Assembly (NCBI GenBank): GCA_964581025.1
Contig: CAZONA010000003.1
Span: forward strand, 1-37,365
DNA length: 37,365 nucleotides
Reading direction: 5' to 3'
From: an uncultured Lachnospiraceae bacterium
GTDB lineage: Bacteria > Bacillota > Clostridia > Oscillospirales > CAG-272
Under the pieces are notes generated by a model. That model saw nothing but the letters and a program-made list of their open reading frames with translations. It had not been told where the DNA came from and searched no databases. Shown piece after piece: positions 17,017-26,727 of this stretch. Every line of letters starts with the position of its first letter. Within the stretch, counting starts at the first letter, position 1. The translations under genes and the position numbers were made by a program.

Positions 17017-17850
17017 ATGTCGGAAAATAGATTCGGTTGCCAGGGCTTCGGCACACGGGACACCGTCTGTATTGAGGCAAATCGCGTTCTCGATTCCTGC
17101 CGAGACAGGGATTGCTACGAAAACGTTCGCGTCTTTCTCGGCTGTTACGGCAACGAGATAATCGAAAGGACGGGAAATATACGTGTAAAGAGCTCCTGCA
17201 TTGCGCAAAGTAACATTACGGTCGATCCCGTGCCGTTCAATCGAGGATTTTACTCGGTAAACGTCAGACTGTACATCCGCATGGGCTTTGAGGCTTGCAT
17301 GGGTAGCGGTAAGCCGCAGGAATTCGACGGCGTGGCGGTCGTCGAGAAAAACGTGATACTTTTCGGCGGAGAAAGCAATCTCAACGTTTTCCGCAGCAGA
17401 AGCAGTACGGATTTCTGCACGGCAAACGAAAACGCATCCTGCACGGAGGAGGGAAATCTGCCCACCGCAGTAGTGGAAACGGTAGATCCCATAGTCCTCG
17501 GCGCACGGATAATGGAAAAGAGACAGAGCTGCCGCTGCACCTGCTGCTGCAGCTGCTCCGATATTCCCGAGAGCATCGTAATAAACGGCACAGGACCTCT
17601 CGACGAGGGCGGAGAAAGATTCCTTGCGGTAACCCTCGGAATATTTTCCGTCATTCGCATCGTCCGTCCCGCTCAATACCTCATATCCGCCACGGAATAT
17701 GTTGTGCCCGATAAAGAATGCCCCTCACGCACTGAGGAGAGCCCGTGCGATATGTTCAAATGCATGGCGTTTCCCGTTCAGGAATTTTCCGCCGGTACAA
17801 TGCCCCCGTCGCCTCCCTCAAGGTGTACGGAAAAGCCCTGCGGCACATAA
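17017..17850 (+). CDS. Cysteine-rich hypothetical protein (candidate spore coat/exosporium structural protein)
   Basis: The ATG at 17017 follows GGAGG. 277 aa with 20 Cys, including CRCTCCCSC (17530-17556) and an N-terminal CIEANRVLDSCRDRDC. No TM segment or signal peptide. Located directly downstream of sigG. Confidence 0.6.
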   Translation: MSENRFGCQGFGTRDTVCIEANRVLDSCRDRDCYENVRVFLGCYGNEIIERTGNIRVKSSCIAQSNITVDPVPFNRGFYSVNVRLYIRMGFEACMGSGKPQEFDGVAVVEKNVILFGGESNLNVFRSRSSTDFCTANENASCTEEGNLPTAVVETVDPIVLGARIMEKRQSCRCTCCCSCSDIPESIVINGTGPLDEGGERFLAVTLGIFSVIRIVRPAQYLISATEYVVPDKECPSRTEESPCDMFKCMAFPVQEFSAGTMPPSPPSRCTEKPCGT

Positions 17851-17901
17851 AAAGATACGGGTGCGGAGCTCTGTCGAGTCTTCGCACCCGTATTTTGTTT
17901 T
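17849..17901. terminator. Bidirectional terminator between the Cys-rich gene and clpX
   Basis: ATACGGGTGCG...CGCACCCGTAT (11-bp stem) with an A-run on the left and TTTGTTTT on the right. Confidence 0.7.
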
Positions 17902-19180
17902 ACTTAAGAATATATTTCGGCTCTGCCTTGTTGATCACGGTGTCCCTCGTAATGACGATGGCTTCCACGTCCGTCCTTGACGGAACGGAATACATCATAT
18001 TCATCATAAAGCTCTCCATAATCGAGCGCAATCCGCGCGCACCGGTGTTCTGAGCTATCGCAAGCTCCGCAATGGCGTCTATCGCATCGTCCTCGAACCT
18101 GAGCTTCACACCGTCAATGTCAAACAGCTTCTCGTACTGCTTCATAAGCGAATTTCTCGGCTCGGAGATAATGCGCTTAAGTGCGTCCTTGTCAAGCTCC
18201 GAAAGCGGCACGATAACGGGAATTCGTCCCGTAAGCTCGGGAATGATACCGTATTTCACGATATCGTGAGCGGTTACGTCACGGTAAATGCCGTCCTTTC
18301 GCTTTTCGCTCTTCCTTTTCACCTCTCCGCCAAAGCCGATGGTGTTGTTGCCCTTGCGCTTTTCGATTATCTGCTCAAGACCGTCAAACGCACCGCCGCA
18401 TATAAAGAGAATGTTCGACGTGTTGATCTGTATAAACTCCTGATTGGGATGCTTTCTGCCGCCCTGAGGAGGAACATTCGCAACCGTGCCCTCAAGTATC
18501 TTAAGAAGCGCCTGCTGAACGCCCTCACCCGAAACGTCTCTGGTGATCGAGCGGTTTTCGCTCCTTCTCGATATCTTGTCGATCTCGTCAATATAGATTA
18601 TGCCTTTTTCGGCTCTCTCAACGTCGAAATCCGCCGCCTGAATGAGCCGCAAAAGAATGTTCTCGACGTCCTCTCCGACGTAGCCCGCCTCCGTAAGAGT
18701 CGTGGCGTCGGCAATAGCAAAGGGAACCTGAAGCGTCTTCGCAAGCGTCTGTGCAAGATACGTCTTGCCGACGCCCGTAGGACCGATCAGCAGAACGTTG
18801 CTTTTCTGAAGCTCAACACCGTCAAGCTCCTTTGAATCCGCATCCTCCGCCCTTGAAAGTATCCTCTTGTAGTGATTGTAAACCGCAACGGAGAGCGCAA
18901 CCTTAGCCTCGTCCTGCCCGATAACGTACTCGTCGAGCGTGCGCTTGATGTCGCAGGGCTTCGGAAGCTCCTCGAGCTTGATCTTCTTCGGAGCATTTTT
19001 TTCGGAATAATCCGTATATGCCTGCTCGAGTATGTCGTGGCAGGCGTCTATGCAGAAGTCGCAAATATATACTCCCGTGGGGGAGGGAATCAGAAAATTG
19101 ACCTGATCCTCGTTACTACCGCAGAAGCAGCAATACCGCTTGGTATTGCCGCCTCCTTGGCTTCCTTTAGTGTTAGCCAT
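17900..19180 (-). CDS. clpX: ATP-dependent Clp protease ATP-binding subunit ClpX
   Basis: 426 aa. N-terminal zinc ribbon CCFCG...CDFC, Walker A GPTGVGKT, Walker [10 protein letters not shown], and the GGRKHP pore-2 region. Confidence 0.97.
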   Translation of the reverse strand: MANTKGSQGGGNTKRYCCFCGSNEDQVNFLIPSPTGVYICDFCIDACHDILEQAYTDYSEKNAPKKIKLEELPKPCDIKRTLDEYVIGQDEAKVALSVAVYNHYKRILSRAEDADSKELDGVELQKSNVLLIGPTGVGKTYLAQTLAKTLQVPFAIADATTLTEAGYVGEDVENILLRLIQAADFDVERAEKGIIYIDEIDKISRRSENRSITRDVSGEGVQQALLKILEGTVANVPPQGGRKHPNQEFIQINTSNILFICGGAFDGLEQIIEKRKGNNTIGFGGEVKRKSEKRKDGIYRDVTAHDIVKYGIIPELTGRIPVIVPLSELDKDALKRIISEPRNSLMKQYEKLFDIDGVKLRFEDDAIDAIAELAIAQNTGARGLRSIMESFMMNMMYSVPSRTDVEAIVITRDTVINKAEPKYILK

Positions 19181-19209
19181 AATAATTATTCCTTTGTCTT
19201 TCCGGAAAA

Positions 19210-19803
19210 TTAAGCGTGCTTCTCTATGACCTTGTCAATAAGCCCGTATGCGAGCGCATCGTCGGCAGTCATATAGTTGTCTCTCTCCGTGTCGCGTGCG
19301 ATCTCCTCAACAGTCTTGCCCGTGTTGCGTGCAAGGATAGCGTTGAGCCTGTCGCGTGTGCGAAGAATAAGCTCCGCCTGTATCTTAATGTCGGTAGCCT
19401 GACCTTTAGCACCGCCGAGAGGCTGGTGGATCATTATCTCGCTGTTCGGAAGAGCGAATCTCTTTCCCTTAGCACCTGCGGAGAGAAGGAAAGCACCCAT
19501 GCTCGCCGCCATACCGATGCAAACGGTCGAAACGTCGCACTTGATGAAATTCATCGTGTCGTAGATAGCCATTCCGGCAGTAACCGAGCCGCCGGGGGAA
19601 TTGATGTAGAACGAGATATCCTTGTCGGGATCCTGTGCCTCGAGATAAAGAAGCTGCGCCACTACGAGAGAGGCGGTCGCATCGTTCACCTCGTCGGAAA
19701 GAAATATAATACGGTCATTGAGCAGTCTCGAAAAAATATCATAGGATCGCTCACCTCTGCTCGTCTGCTCAACGACAACGGGAACGAGTGAATTATTGAT
19801 CAT
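19210..19803 (-). CDS. clpP: ATP-dependent Clp protease proteolytic subunit ClpP
   Basis: 197 aa. [20 protein letters not shown] (catalytic Ser) and IMIHQPLGG (catalytic His). Confidence 0.97.
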   Translation of the reverse strand: MINNSLVPVVVEQTSRGERSYDIFSRLLNDRIIFLSDEVNDATASLVVAQLLYLEAQDPDKDISFYINSPGGSVTAGMAIYDTMNFIKCDVSTVCIGMAASMGAFLLSAGAKGKRFALPNSEIMIHQPLGGAKGQATDIKIQAELILRTRDRLNAILARNTGKTVEEIARDTERDNYMTADDALAYGLIDKVIEKHA

Positions 19804-19844
19804 AGCAATGACCTCCTTTTTTAATAGCTGTTATAAATGGGGAA

Positions 19845-21260
19845 TTACGCTTCCGTTTCCTCGGTAGCGACCTTCTTTGTGGACTTTCTGGGCTTTCTTG
19901 CAGGCTTTGCCTCACCCTCGACAGCCTCCTCGACCGTCTCGGACTTGGGAGTGGACTTCTTGGTAGCCTTCTTCTTTGCAGGTGCCTTTACAACTGCCTT
20001 TTCCTTGACTGCGTCAAGAGCAAGCTTTACCTTCATATCCTCGGTAATGTAGCCGGGATCAATGGATGCCTTGACCTGCTCAACGTCAATGCCGTAAGAC
20101 TCTGCGATTCTCGTGTACTCACCGTTAACGTCATCATCCGTAGGAACGATGCCCTCAAGCTCTGCGATCTTCTCAAGCGCAAGTCTTACCTTGACCTGCA
20201 TCTCCGCCTGCGGACGGAACTGAGCACGAAGGCTCTCCTCGGTCATGCCCGTGTAATTGAAGTACGTCTGAAGATCAAGTCCCTGCATTCTGAGCTGGTT
20301 GTCGTAATCACGAACGAAATTCTCAGCCTCGGTCTCGAACATGGGCTCGGGTATCTCGGCTACAAGCTTTGCAACGAGTGCGTCCATTATCTGACCGTCA
20401 ACTGCGTTCTGTGCGCTCGTCTCGTGTCTGCTTTCGATTTTTGACTTAAGATCAGCCTTGTATTCATCGAGAGTGTCAAATTCGGAAACGTCCTTTGCAA
20501 ATTCGTCGTCAAGCTCGGGAAGCTCAACCTTTGTGAGTGCGTGAAGCTTTACCTTGAATACGGAAGCCTTGCCTGCAAGCTCCTCTGCGTGATAGTCCTC
20601 GGGGAAGGAAACGTTTACGTCGAACTCGTCGTCAACGCTGTGTCCCACGATCTGCTCCTCAAAGCCGGGAATGAACTGTCCCGAGCCGAGCTTGAGTGCG
20701 TAATCCTCACCCTTGCCGCCGTCGAACGCAACTCCGTCAACGAAGCCCTCGAAATCAATAACGGCTGTGTCGCCAAGCTCTGCAGGACGGTCGTTCGCAT
20801 CGCTCTCACGGCTGTTTCTCTCTCTTACGAGCTGAAGCTCACGGTCAAGCTCCTCGTCGGTAACGGGAGCAACCTCCTTGGTAACCTCGATTCCGAAGTA
20901 GCCGTCAATGGAAACCTCGGGCTTTACGAATACCTTAGCGGTGAATACGACACCGTTCTCGTCAAGAGAAAGAATGTCGACCTCGGGCTGAGCTACGGGA
21001 GAAATTCCGGACTCCTTGACAGCCGCCTCGTAAGCATCGGGAAGGATGTCGTTGATGGCAGTGTCGTAGAAGAAGCTCTTGCCGTAGATTTTTTCGATCA
21101 TTGCTCTGGGTGCTTTGCCTTTTCTGAAGCCGGGAATGTTGAGATTCTTGACCTCTTTTCTGTAAGCACGCTCACAGGCAGCCTCAAAAACGGATTGCTC
21201 AACGGAAAAGTGGAGCTCTACCTTGCTGCCCTCGATTTTTTCATTTTTGATAAGTTTCAT
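19845..21260 (-). CDS. tig: Trigger factor with a Lys-rich C-terminal extension
   Basis: The ATG at 21260 follows GGAGGA, so the upstream in-frame M at 21287 is unlikely. FRKGKAP ribosome-binding signature, a central PPIase region, a C-terminal arm domain, and then a charged tail of about 47 aa. Confidence 0.9.
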   Translation of the reverse strand: MKLIKNEKIEGSKVELHFSVEQSVFEAACERAYRKEVKNLNIPGFRKGKAPRAMIEKIYGKSFFYDTAINDILPDAYEAAVKESGISPVAQPEVDILSLDENGVVFTAKVFVKPEVSIDGYFGIEVTKEVAPVTDEELDRELQLVRERNSRESDANDRPAELGDTAVIDFEGFVDGVAFDGGKGEDYALKLGSGQFIPGFEEQIVGHSVDDEFDVNVSFPEDYHAEELAGKASVFKVKLHALTKVELPELDDEFAKDVSEFDTLDEYKADLKSKIESRHETSAQNAVDGQIMDALVAKLVAEIPEPMFETEAENFVRDYDNQLRMQGLDLQTYFNYTGMTEESLRAQFRPQAEMQVKVRLALEKIAELEGIVPTDDDVNGEYTRIAESYGIDVEQVKASIDPGYITEDMKVKLALDAVKEKAVVKAPAKKKATKKSTPKSETVEEAVEGEAKPARKPRKSTKKVATEETEA

Positions 21261-21296
21261 TTTCAAATCCTCCAAGATTTTGTACATACATCGTCT

Positions 21297-21325
21297 ATTA
21301 TATATAATTCACAACGAAAAGTCAA
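21297..21325 (-). promoter_or_regulatory. Sigma-A promoter of tig
   Basis: Read on the minus strand: TTGACT (21320-21325), 17-nt spacer, TATAAT (21297-21302). Confidence 0.65.
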
Positions 21326-21350
21326 GTTTTTTTTGCAAAAAGACGAAAAA

Positions 21351-22079
21351 TTAAAGAAAAACGGGCATTGGGACGAAATTCAGGTAATCTGCGGCGACCA
21401 TTGTAAAGGTTATTCCGTCGTATACGAACTGTCTCGGAATAGCGTAATTGTTGTGAATGTGCCCGTAAAAGCAGTTTTCGATCCCGTATTTTTTCAAAAC
21501 GTCGACTATCCTGTCGCACACAAGCTCACCGTAAACGGGAGGGAAGTGAAGAAAGCAAAGTATCGGAAGCTCGGGACGCTCCTCCGACAATTTCAAAGCT
21601 GCCCTTATGCTTATCTCAAGCCTCTGTGCCTCCCTTGCGATGATCTTGTCGTAATCGACCTCTCCGACGGTCTTTTGCTGCTTTTCGTCGTAGAACCAAC
21701 CGCGCGAGCCGCAGATTATACAGTCTTCGAGCATATATGCGTTGTTGTGTAAAAGCTTTATCGTGCTTATTTCGTTGCTTTCGAAAAAAGTATTTATCTT
21801 CGAGGCGGTCGACCACCAAAAATCGTGATTGCCCTTGCCGATTATCTTAGTACCGGGCAGGGAATCGAGAAATTTGAAATCCGAGAGTGCCTCGTCAAGC
21901 GTCATAGCCCACGATATATCGCCGGGGATAACGACCGTGTCGTCCTCGTTGACTATTGCACGGAAGCTCCGCTCGAGCTTTGCGTGGTAATTGCTCCATC
22001 TCATTCCGAATTTTTCCATTGATTTGTTCGTTTTTTCATTCGTCGAAAGATGAAGATCGGATATTACGTACAGCGACAT
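21351..22079 (-). CDS. Metallophosphoesterase (canonical motifs)
   Basis: 242 aa. SDLHL, PGDISW, GNHDFWW and GHIH motifs are all intact. Confidence 0.8.
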   Translation of the reverse strand: MSLYVISDLHLSTNEKTNKSMEKFGMRWSNYHAKLERSFRAIVNEDDTVVIPGDISWAMTLDEALSDFKFLDSLPGTKIIGKGNHDFWWSTASKINTFFESNEISTIKLLHNNAYMLEDCIICGSRGWFYDEKQQKTVGEVDYDKIIAREAQRLEISIRAALKLSEERPELPILCFLHFPPVYGELVCDRIVDVLKKYGIENCFYGHIHNNYAIPRQFVYDGITFTMVAADYLNFVPMPVFL

Positions 22080-22180
22080 TTAATGCTCCTTTCGTGTATA
22101 AAGTACCGATCCTGCGCAAATAATATTTGCGAGAGAGATCTCAAAAATTTATCAGCCTTAACGGCGGACGGGAGTAGTCT

Positions 22181-22369
22181 ATGAATAATGAGAGAAATTG
22201 CGGTTGCGGCGCAAAGGGCGTCATCAGAGGCATAACCTGCGACGTTACGAACTGCGCATATCACGAATCGGACAACAGATGCTGCGCAGGACACATCAAG
22301 GTCGGCACGGATCGTGCACAGGCGAGCGGTGAAACGCTCTGCACCACCTTCAAAAACAAGACCGAGTAA
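22181..22369 (+). CDS. DUF1540 domain small Cys-rich protein
   Basis: 62 aa. The CDVTNCAYH...CCAG...CTTF pattern is typical of DUF1540, a Firmicute family that is often sporulation-associated. Confidence 0.7.
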   Translation: MNNERNCGCGAKGVIRGITCDVTNCAYHESDNRCCAGHIKVGTDRAQASGETLCTTFKNKTE

Positions 22370-22376
22370 TTCCCGA

Positions 22377-22410
22377 AAAGCATATCTCCTCGGAGGTATG
22401 CTTTATTTTT
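22377..22410. terminator. Hairpin terminator shared by the convergent DUF1540 and thrC genes
   Basis: AAAGCATATCTC-ctcg-GAGGTATGCTTT followed by TTATTTTTT. It overlaps the thrC stop codon. Confidence 0.6.
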
Positions 22411-23899
22411 TATTTTCTGCGTATTTCAAAACGGCGTCCGCAATACCCGTCGGCAAAACGAATCCGGAAAATCTTATTTTGCGAGTGCCGAGGTCGCAAA
22501 GCGACAAGGGAATATCCGTTCCCGTCGCATCGGAAAGCTCCCCGAGGACCGCAACGCCGTCTTGCACGGGCGAGCCGAAAAGTGCGGAATAAACGCTGTT
22601 TGCGAATTTGTACGGACTTGCGGTCGAGGCAACTACCGTCTTCAATGAAGCCTCTTCGCTATGTGCGAGCCTGTGTTCGTCGAGGGCGGAGAGTGCGACC
22701 GCAGTATGAGGATCGGCAAGATATCCGAATTGTCTGTAATACCGATTGATCGTCCGCTCGGTCATTCCGTCGTCCGCCCGATAGCCGTATATCACCTCTC
22801 GAATTTTCGAAAGCTCCTCCGGCGTTACCGTGTAAGTACCCGTATTTGACAGATCACGCATATATTTCGCCGTCTGCGACGCACCGCAAGCAAAATACAG
22901 CAACCGCTCGAGATTGCTCGATACGAGTATGTCCATCGAGGGCGAGATCGTCGTGTAAAAGCTCCTGTTGCGATCGTAATGCCCGTTGCTCAAAAAGTCC
23001 GTAAGCACGCTGTTTGAATTCGATGCGCAAATCAGCCTGCCGATCGGAAGTCCCATAAGCCTTGCAATGTAAGCGGCAAGTATGTTTCCGAAATTTCCCG
23101 TGGGAACGCAAACGCCGATACGCTCGCCGAGAGAAATTTCGCCTCTTGCGAGCAGATCGCAGTACGCCTTAAAATAATAGGGTATCTGCGGAGCAAGACG
23201 GGCAAAATTTATCGAATTCGCACTCGATAAAAAATACCCCGACTCCGATAAACGTTCCCCAAGCTCCGCATCGGAAAATATGCGCTTTAGCTCGGTCTGT
23301 ATATCGTCAAAATTGCCCCCGACCGCACTCACGAGAACGTTCGATCCGCTCTGAGTTACCATCTGAAGCCTCTGTATCTCGCTAACACCGTCGGATGGGA
23401 AAAATACCGCAATATTCGTTCCGCAAGCATCGGAATATCCCTCAAGTGCCGCCTTACCCGTGTCGCCCGAGGTGGCGGTAAGCACCAAAGCACGCCTCTG
23501 CTCACCCGTCTTGGCAAGCGCACGGGAAAACAGCCTCGGCATCAGCTGAAGCGCAACGTCCTTGAACGCACAGCTCGGACCGTGCCAAAGCTCCAATACG
23601 TAAGTGGTGGGATCAAGCTTTACGAGAGGGCAGACCTCGGGAGAAAAATTCTTCTCCGAATACGCCGCCCGACAGTCGCAAAGCAGCTCCTCGTATGTAA
23701 AATCGGTAAAAAATCCGGATAGTATCTCGGCGGCAAGCTCGGGATATGTAAGAGAGCAGAAGCCCTCAATCTCGCCGAGCGTAAAATTCGGAATGCTCTC
23801 GGGCACGAAAAGACCGCCGTCGGGCGCAAGCCCGAGCTTTATCACCTCGCTCGGCGAATAAGTCCTGCCCGATGTATCCCGTGTGCTGTAAAATTTCAT
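22403..23899 (-). CDS. thrC: Threonine synthase (long form)
   Basis: 498 aa. The PLP lysine motif is CAFKDVALQ. SGDTGKAA and VPTGNFGN motifs are present. Confidence 0.9.
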   Translation of the reverse strand: MKFYSTRDTSGRTYSPSEVIKLGLAPDGGLFVPESIPNFTLGEIEGFCSLTYPELAAEILSGFFTDFTYEELLCDCRAAYSEKNFSPEVCPLVKLDPTTYVLELWHGPSCAFKDVALQLMPRLFSRALAKTGEQRRALVLTATSGDTGKAALEGYSDACGTNIAVFFPSDGVSEIQRLQMVTQSGSNVLVSAVGGNFDDIQTELKRIFSDAELGERLSESGYFLSSANSINFARLAPQIPYYFKAYCDLLARGEISLGERIGVCVPTGNFGNILAAYIARLMGLPIGRLICASNSNSVLTDFLSNGHYDRNRSFYTTISPSMDILVSSNLERLLYFACGASQTAKYMRDLSNTGTYTVTPEELSKIREVIYGYRADDGMTERTINRYYRQFGYLADPHTAVALSALDEHRLAHSEEASLKTVVASTASPYKFANSVYSALFGSPVQDGVAVLGELSDATGTDIPLSLCDLGTRKIRFSGFVLPTGIADAVLKYAENKK

Positions 23900-23902
23900 A
23901 AT

Positions 23903-24832
23903 TTATAAATTCCTTTTGAAAAAATCCAAAGCGTTCTTGTATGTTATCCTCTCGATAAGAGAGTCGGAATAGTTCAGCCTTGCAAGTGCCTCCTCGATCT
24001 GCGGCAGATCGGCAAGCCCCGAAATATCGGAAGGCAGGGAAGTGCCGTCAAGATCACAGCCCATAGCGAGAACCGACTCCGCACCGAGAGAAAGATAGTG
24101 CTCTATGTGGCGTATAACGTCGGTAAGCCTTGCTTCCCCCGTCCCCGAAAGATGCGAGGGACAGAGATTTATTCCCACAAGTCCGGAAAGCTCGCATATC
24201 GCAAAAAGATCCGAATCACGTAAATTTCTCGAATGAGGATTCAGCGAATATGAATCCGAATGACTTGCGATTATCGGAAGCGAACGCTCACGTGCCGCAT
24301 CGATAACCTGCTCCGCACCCTCGAAGGAGCAGTGGGAAATATCGGGAACGATCCCAAGCTCAAAGCAACGCCCGACGACACGCCGTCCGAGGTCAGAAAG
24401 CCCCTCGCTCGTGTCGTGCGCACCGCCGATGCAGGTAAGTCCGCTCCAATTCAAGGTCAGTATCCTCACGCCTCGCTCACAAAGCACGTCAAGGCGAGAT
24501 ATATCGCCCTCAAGTATCCTTGCGTCCTCAACGGAAAGTATCATCGGTATTCTGCGCTCGTCAAGTGCCCGTGCAAGCTCGCTTGCGCTCCGCACGAGCA
24601 CGGCACGCCCCGACGCCTTGATCTCACGCTCGAGATTGTCGGCAACCTCAAAGAACCTCGCATAGCCCTGCGAGTCGGAAAGCCGTGCGTCCGTCCATAT
24701 CGCCATCACCTGCGCATAAGCGTCAAAGCGTTCGGCGTCGGAAAGGGAAACGTGAAAAGAATTTTTCATCAGCGACTGCCTCTCGGAAAAGAGTCTTGTC
24801 GCCGTATCGCAATGCAGATCAAAAAACTTCAT
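23903..24832 (-). CDS. Membrane dipeptidase family (peptidase M19) protein
   Basis: 309 aa. N-terminal DLHCDT metal motif, and later SHSDS and GCDLDG motifs. The start overlaps the yraN stop by 1 nt. Confidence 0.8.
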   Translation of the reverse strand: MKFFDLHCDTATRLFSERQSLMKNSFHVSLSDAERFDAYAQVMAIWTDARLSDSQGYARFFEVADNLEREIKASGRAVLVRSASELARALDERRIPMILSVEDARILEGDISRLDVLCERGVRILTLNWSGLTCIGGAHDTSEGLSDLGRRVVGRCFELGIVPDISHCSFEGAEQVIDAARERSLPIIASHSDSYSLNPHSRNLRDSDLFAICELSGLVGINLCPSHLSGTGEARLTDVIRHIEHYLSLGAESVLAMGCDLDGTSLPSDISGLADLPQIEEALARLNYSDSLIERITYKNALDFFKRNL

Positions 24833-25224
24833 CAGTATGAATACGCATCCTCTATATGATTTACCTTAAGCACCTCCGCAGGCTCGCCGAATTTCGGCTT
24901 TGAAAGATATACCTCGATAACGTCCATTCTCGGTGCTTTCTTGCTAGGGTGGTCGATCAAATACGCCTGTGCGGCGGCAAGCGTCCGTCTTTGCTTCGAA
25001 TAGGTAACCGCCATAGCCGGCGTACCGTAAGCGAGATCTCGTTCGCCTGCGCAGGAGCGTGTCTTGACCTCCACAAAAATAATATATTGTTTGTTTTCGG
25101 CTATAATGTCGATCTCGTTGTGAGAAGCGTAATAATTTTGCTCTACTATCTTAAATTTCTTGCTCTGAAGGTAGAAGCAGGCGACGCTCTCGCCGTATCT
25201 GCCGATGTCGGTAGTGTTTTTCAT
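24832..25224 (-). CDS. YraN-family (UPF0102) endonuclease-like protein
   Basis: 130 aa. GESVACFYL...EIDIIA...IIFVEVKTR restriction-endonuclease-like core. Confidence 0.8.
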   Translation of the reverse strand: MKNTTDIGRYGESVACFYLQSKKFKIVEQNYYASHNEIDIIAENKQYIIFVEVKTRSCAGERDLAYGTPAMAVTYSKQRRTLAAAQAYLIDHPSKKAPRMDVIEVYLSKPKFGEPAEVLKVNHIEDAYSY

Positions 25225-25225
25225 A

Positions 25226-25828
25226 TCAGTCGTTGTCCAAAAATCTTATAAATTTCTTTCTGTGTATCGGCGACGGACCGTATTTTCTGAGAGCCTCCAT
25301 GTGCTCCTTCGTTCCGTAGCCCTTGTGCTTGGCAATGCCGTATTCGGGGTACTGCCTGTCCATCTTCTCGCAAAGCTCGTCCCTTGCCACCTTGGCAAGA
25401 ATCGACGCTGCGGCAATGGAGGGTGAGGTCGCATCCCCCTTGATGACCGTCATCGTCGGAATATCAAAGCCCCGACTCACGTTTCCGTCGATCAGCGCAA
25501 AATCCGCACTCTGCGAAAGTCCCGCAACGGCTCTGCGCATCGCAAGCATGTCCGCCTCGAGAATGTTAAGCTCGTGTATTTCCTCAACGCTCGCCTGCGC
25601 TATGCAGTAAGCGACCGCTTTACGCTTTATTATTTCGGAAAGCTCCTTCCGCTTTTTCGGGGAAAGCTTTTTCGAATCGTTTAGTCCCTCGATAAAAAGC
25701 CCCTCGGGCAGTATGCATGCGGCGGCAAATACCGGTCCGCACAGCGGTCCCCGTCCTGCCTCGTCAACGCCGCAAATGCTCTTATATCCCTTGTCCGCAA
25801 GCTCTCGCTCCAATGTGTATTCAAGCAT
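25226..25828 (-). CDS. rnhB: Ribonuclease HII
   Basis: 200 aa. The motifs GVDEAGRGPLCGPV, DSKKLS and KGD...SIAAASILAKV are present. Confidence 0.92.
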   Translation of the reverse strand: MLEYTLERELADKGYKSICGVDEAGRGPLCGPVFAAACILPEGLFIEGLNDSKKLSPKKRKELSEIIKRKAVAYCIAQASVEEIHELNILEADMLAMRRAVAGLSQSADFALIDGNVSRGFDIPTMTVIKGDATSPSIAAASILAKVARDELCEKMDRQYPEYGIAKHKGYGTKEHMEALRKYGPSPIHRKKFIRFLDND

Positions 25829-25836
25829 AAATCCAC

Positions 25837-26691
25837 CTATATCCTGTCAAGAGTAATTCTTCCGATCTTGCCGCTCCTGAGCTCGTCAAGAAGCATGTTT
25901 GCCGTGCGCTCGTAATCTATCTCGCCGCCACGCATCATAAATCCTCGCTTTTTGCCGATATAGTCAAAAAGCTCGAGATCACTCAGCTCCGATATGTCGT
26001 CAAGCTTGTATCTTGCGCAAAGCAGATCGGGATAAAGCTCCCGTAGCCTCGAGCAGAGAACAAGCCCGAGCGTCTCGGTGTCAAGTATCTTGTCCTTGAT
26101 AGCACCCGTAAGAGCGAGATTTTCTCCGATGATCCTATCGTCAAACTTCGGCCAGAGAACACCCGGCATATCCATAAGATCAAGACCTATGCTCGTCGAT
26201 ACCCATTGCTTGTCAAGCGTAACGCCCGGTCGGTTCTCGACCTTCGCCTTCTTTCCACCGCAGATCCTGTTGATAAGCGAGGACTTGCCGACGTTCGGAA
26301 TGCCGACGATCATCGCCTTCAGCCTGCGTCCGCTCATGCCCTTGGAGTCGTACCTCGCAAGCTTGTCGGCAAGCACCGTATCCACCGTCTCCTTTATTTT
26401 TGCGATCCCCACACCGTCCACACAATCCGTCGGAATACAATACGTATTCTCATTCGAATAGTACCTGCACCACTGCGCAGTAAGTGTAGGATCGGCGAGC
26501 GACGCCTTGTTCAAAAGTATGATGCTCGGCTTGCCTGCGGTAAGCCTCGATATTTCGGGGTTGCGTGAGCTTCTCGGTATGCGTGCGTCAAGTAATTCAA
26601 TAACTATGTCTACGTTTTTCAAATTTTCCGAGATCATTCGGCGAGTTTTCGCCATGTGTCCCGGAAACCACTGTATCTGCTCGGAAGGCAT
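25837..26691 (-). CDS. rbgA: Ribosome biogenesis GTPase A (YlqF/RbgA), circularly permuted GTPase
   Basis: 284 aa. IQWFPGHMAK, LLNKASL (G4 before G1), GIPNVGKSSLIN and DMPGVLWPK. Confidence 0.92.
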   Translation of the reverse strand: MPSEQIQWFPGHMAKTRRMISENLKNVDIVIELLDARIPRSSRNPEISRLTAGKPSIILLNKASLADPTLTAQWCRYYSNENTYCIPTDCVDGVGIAKIKETVDTVLADKLARYDSKGMSGRRLKAMIVGIPNVGKSSLINRICGGKKAKVENRPGVTLDKQWVSTSIGLDLMDMPGVLWPKFDDRIIGENLALTGAIKDKILDTETLGLVLCSRLRELYPDLLCARYKLDDISELSDLELFDYIGKKRGFMMRGGEIDYERTANMLLDELRSGKIGRITLDRI

Positions 26692-26727
26692 ATCCTATCT
26701 CCGTTTCTTTCAATTATTTTATAATGA

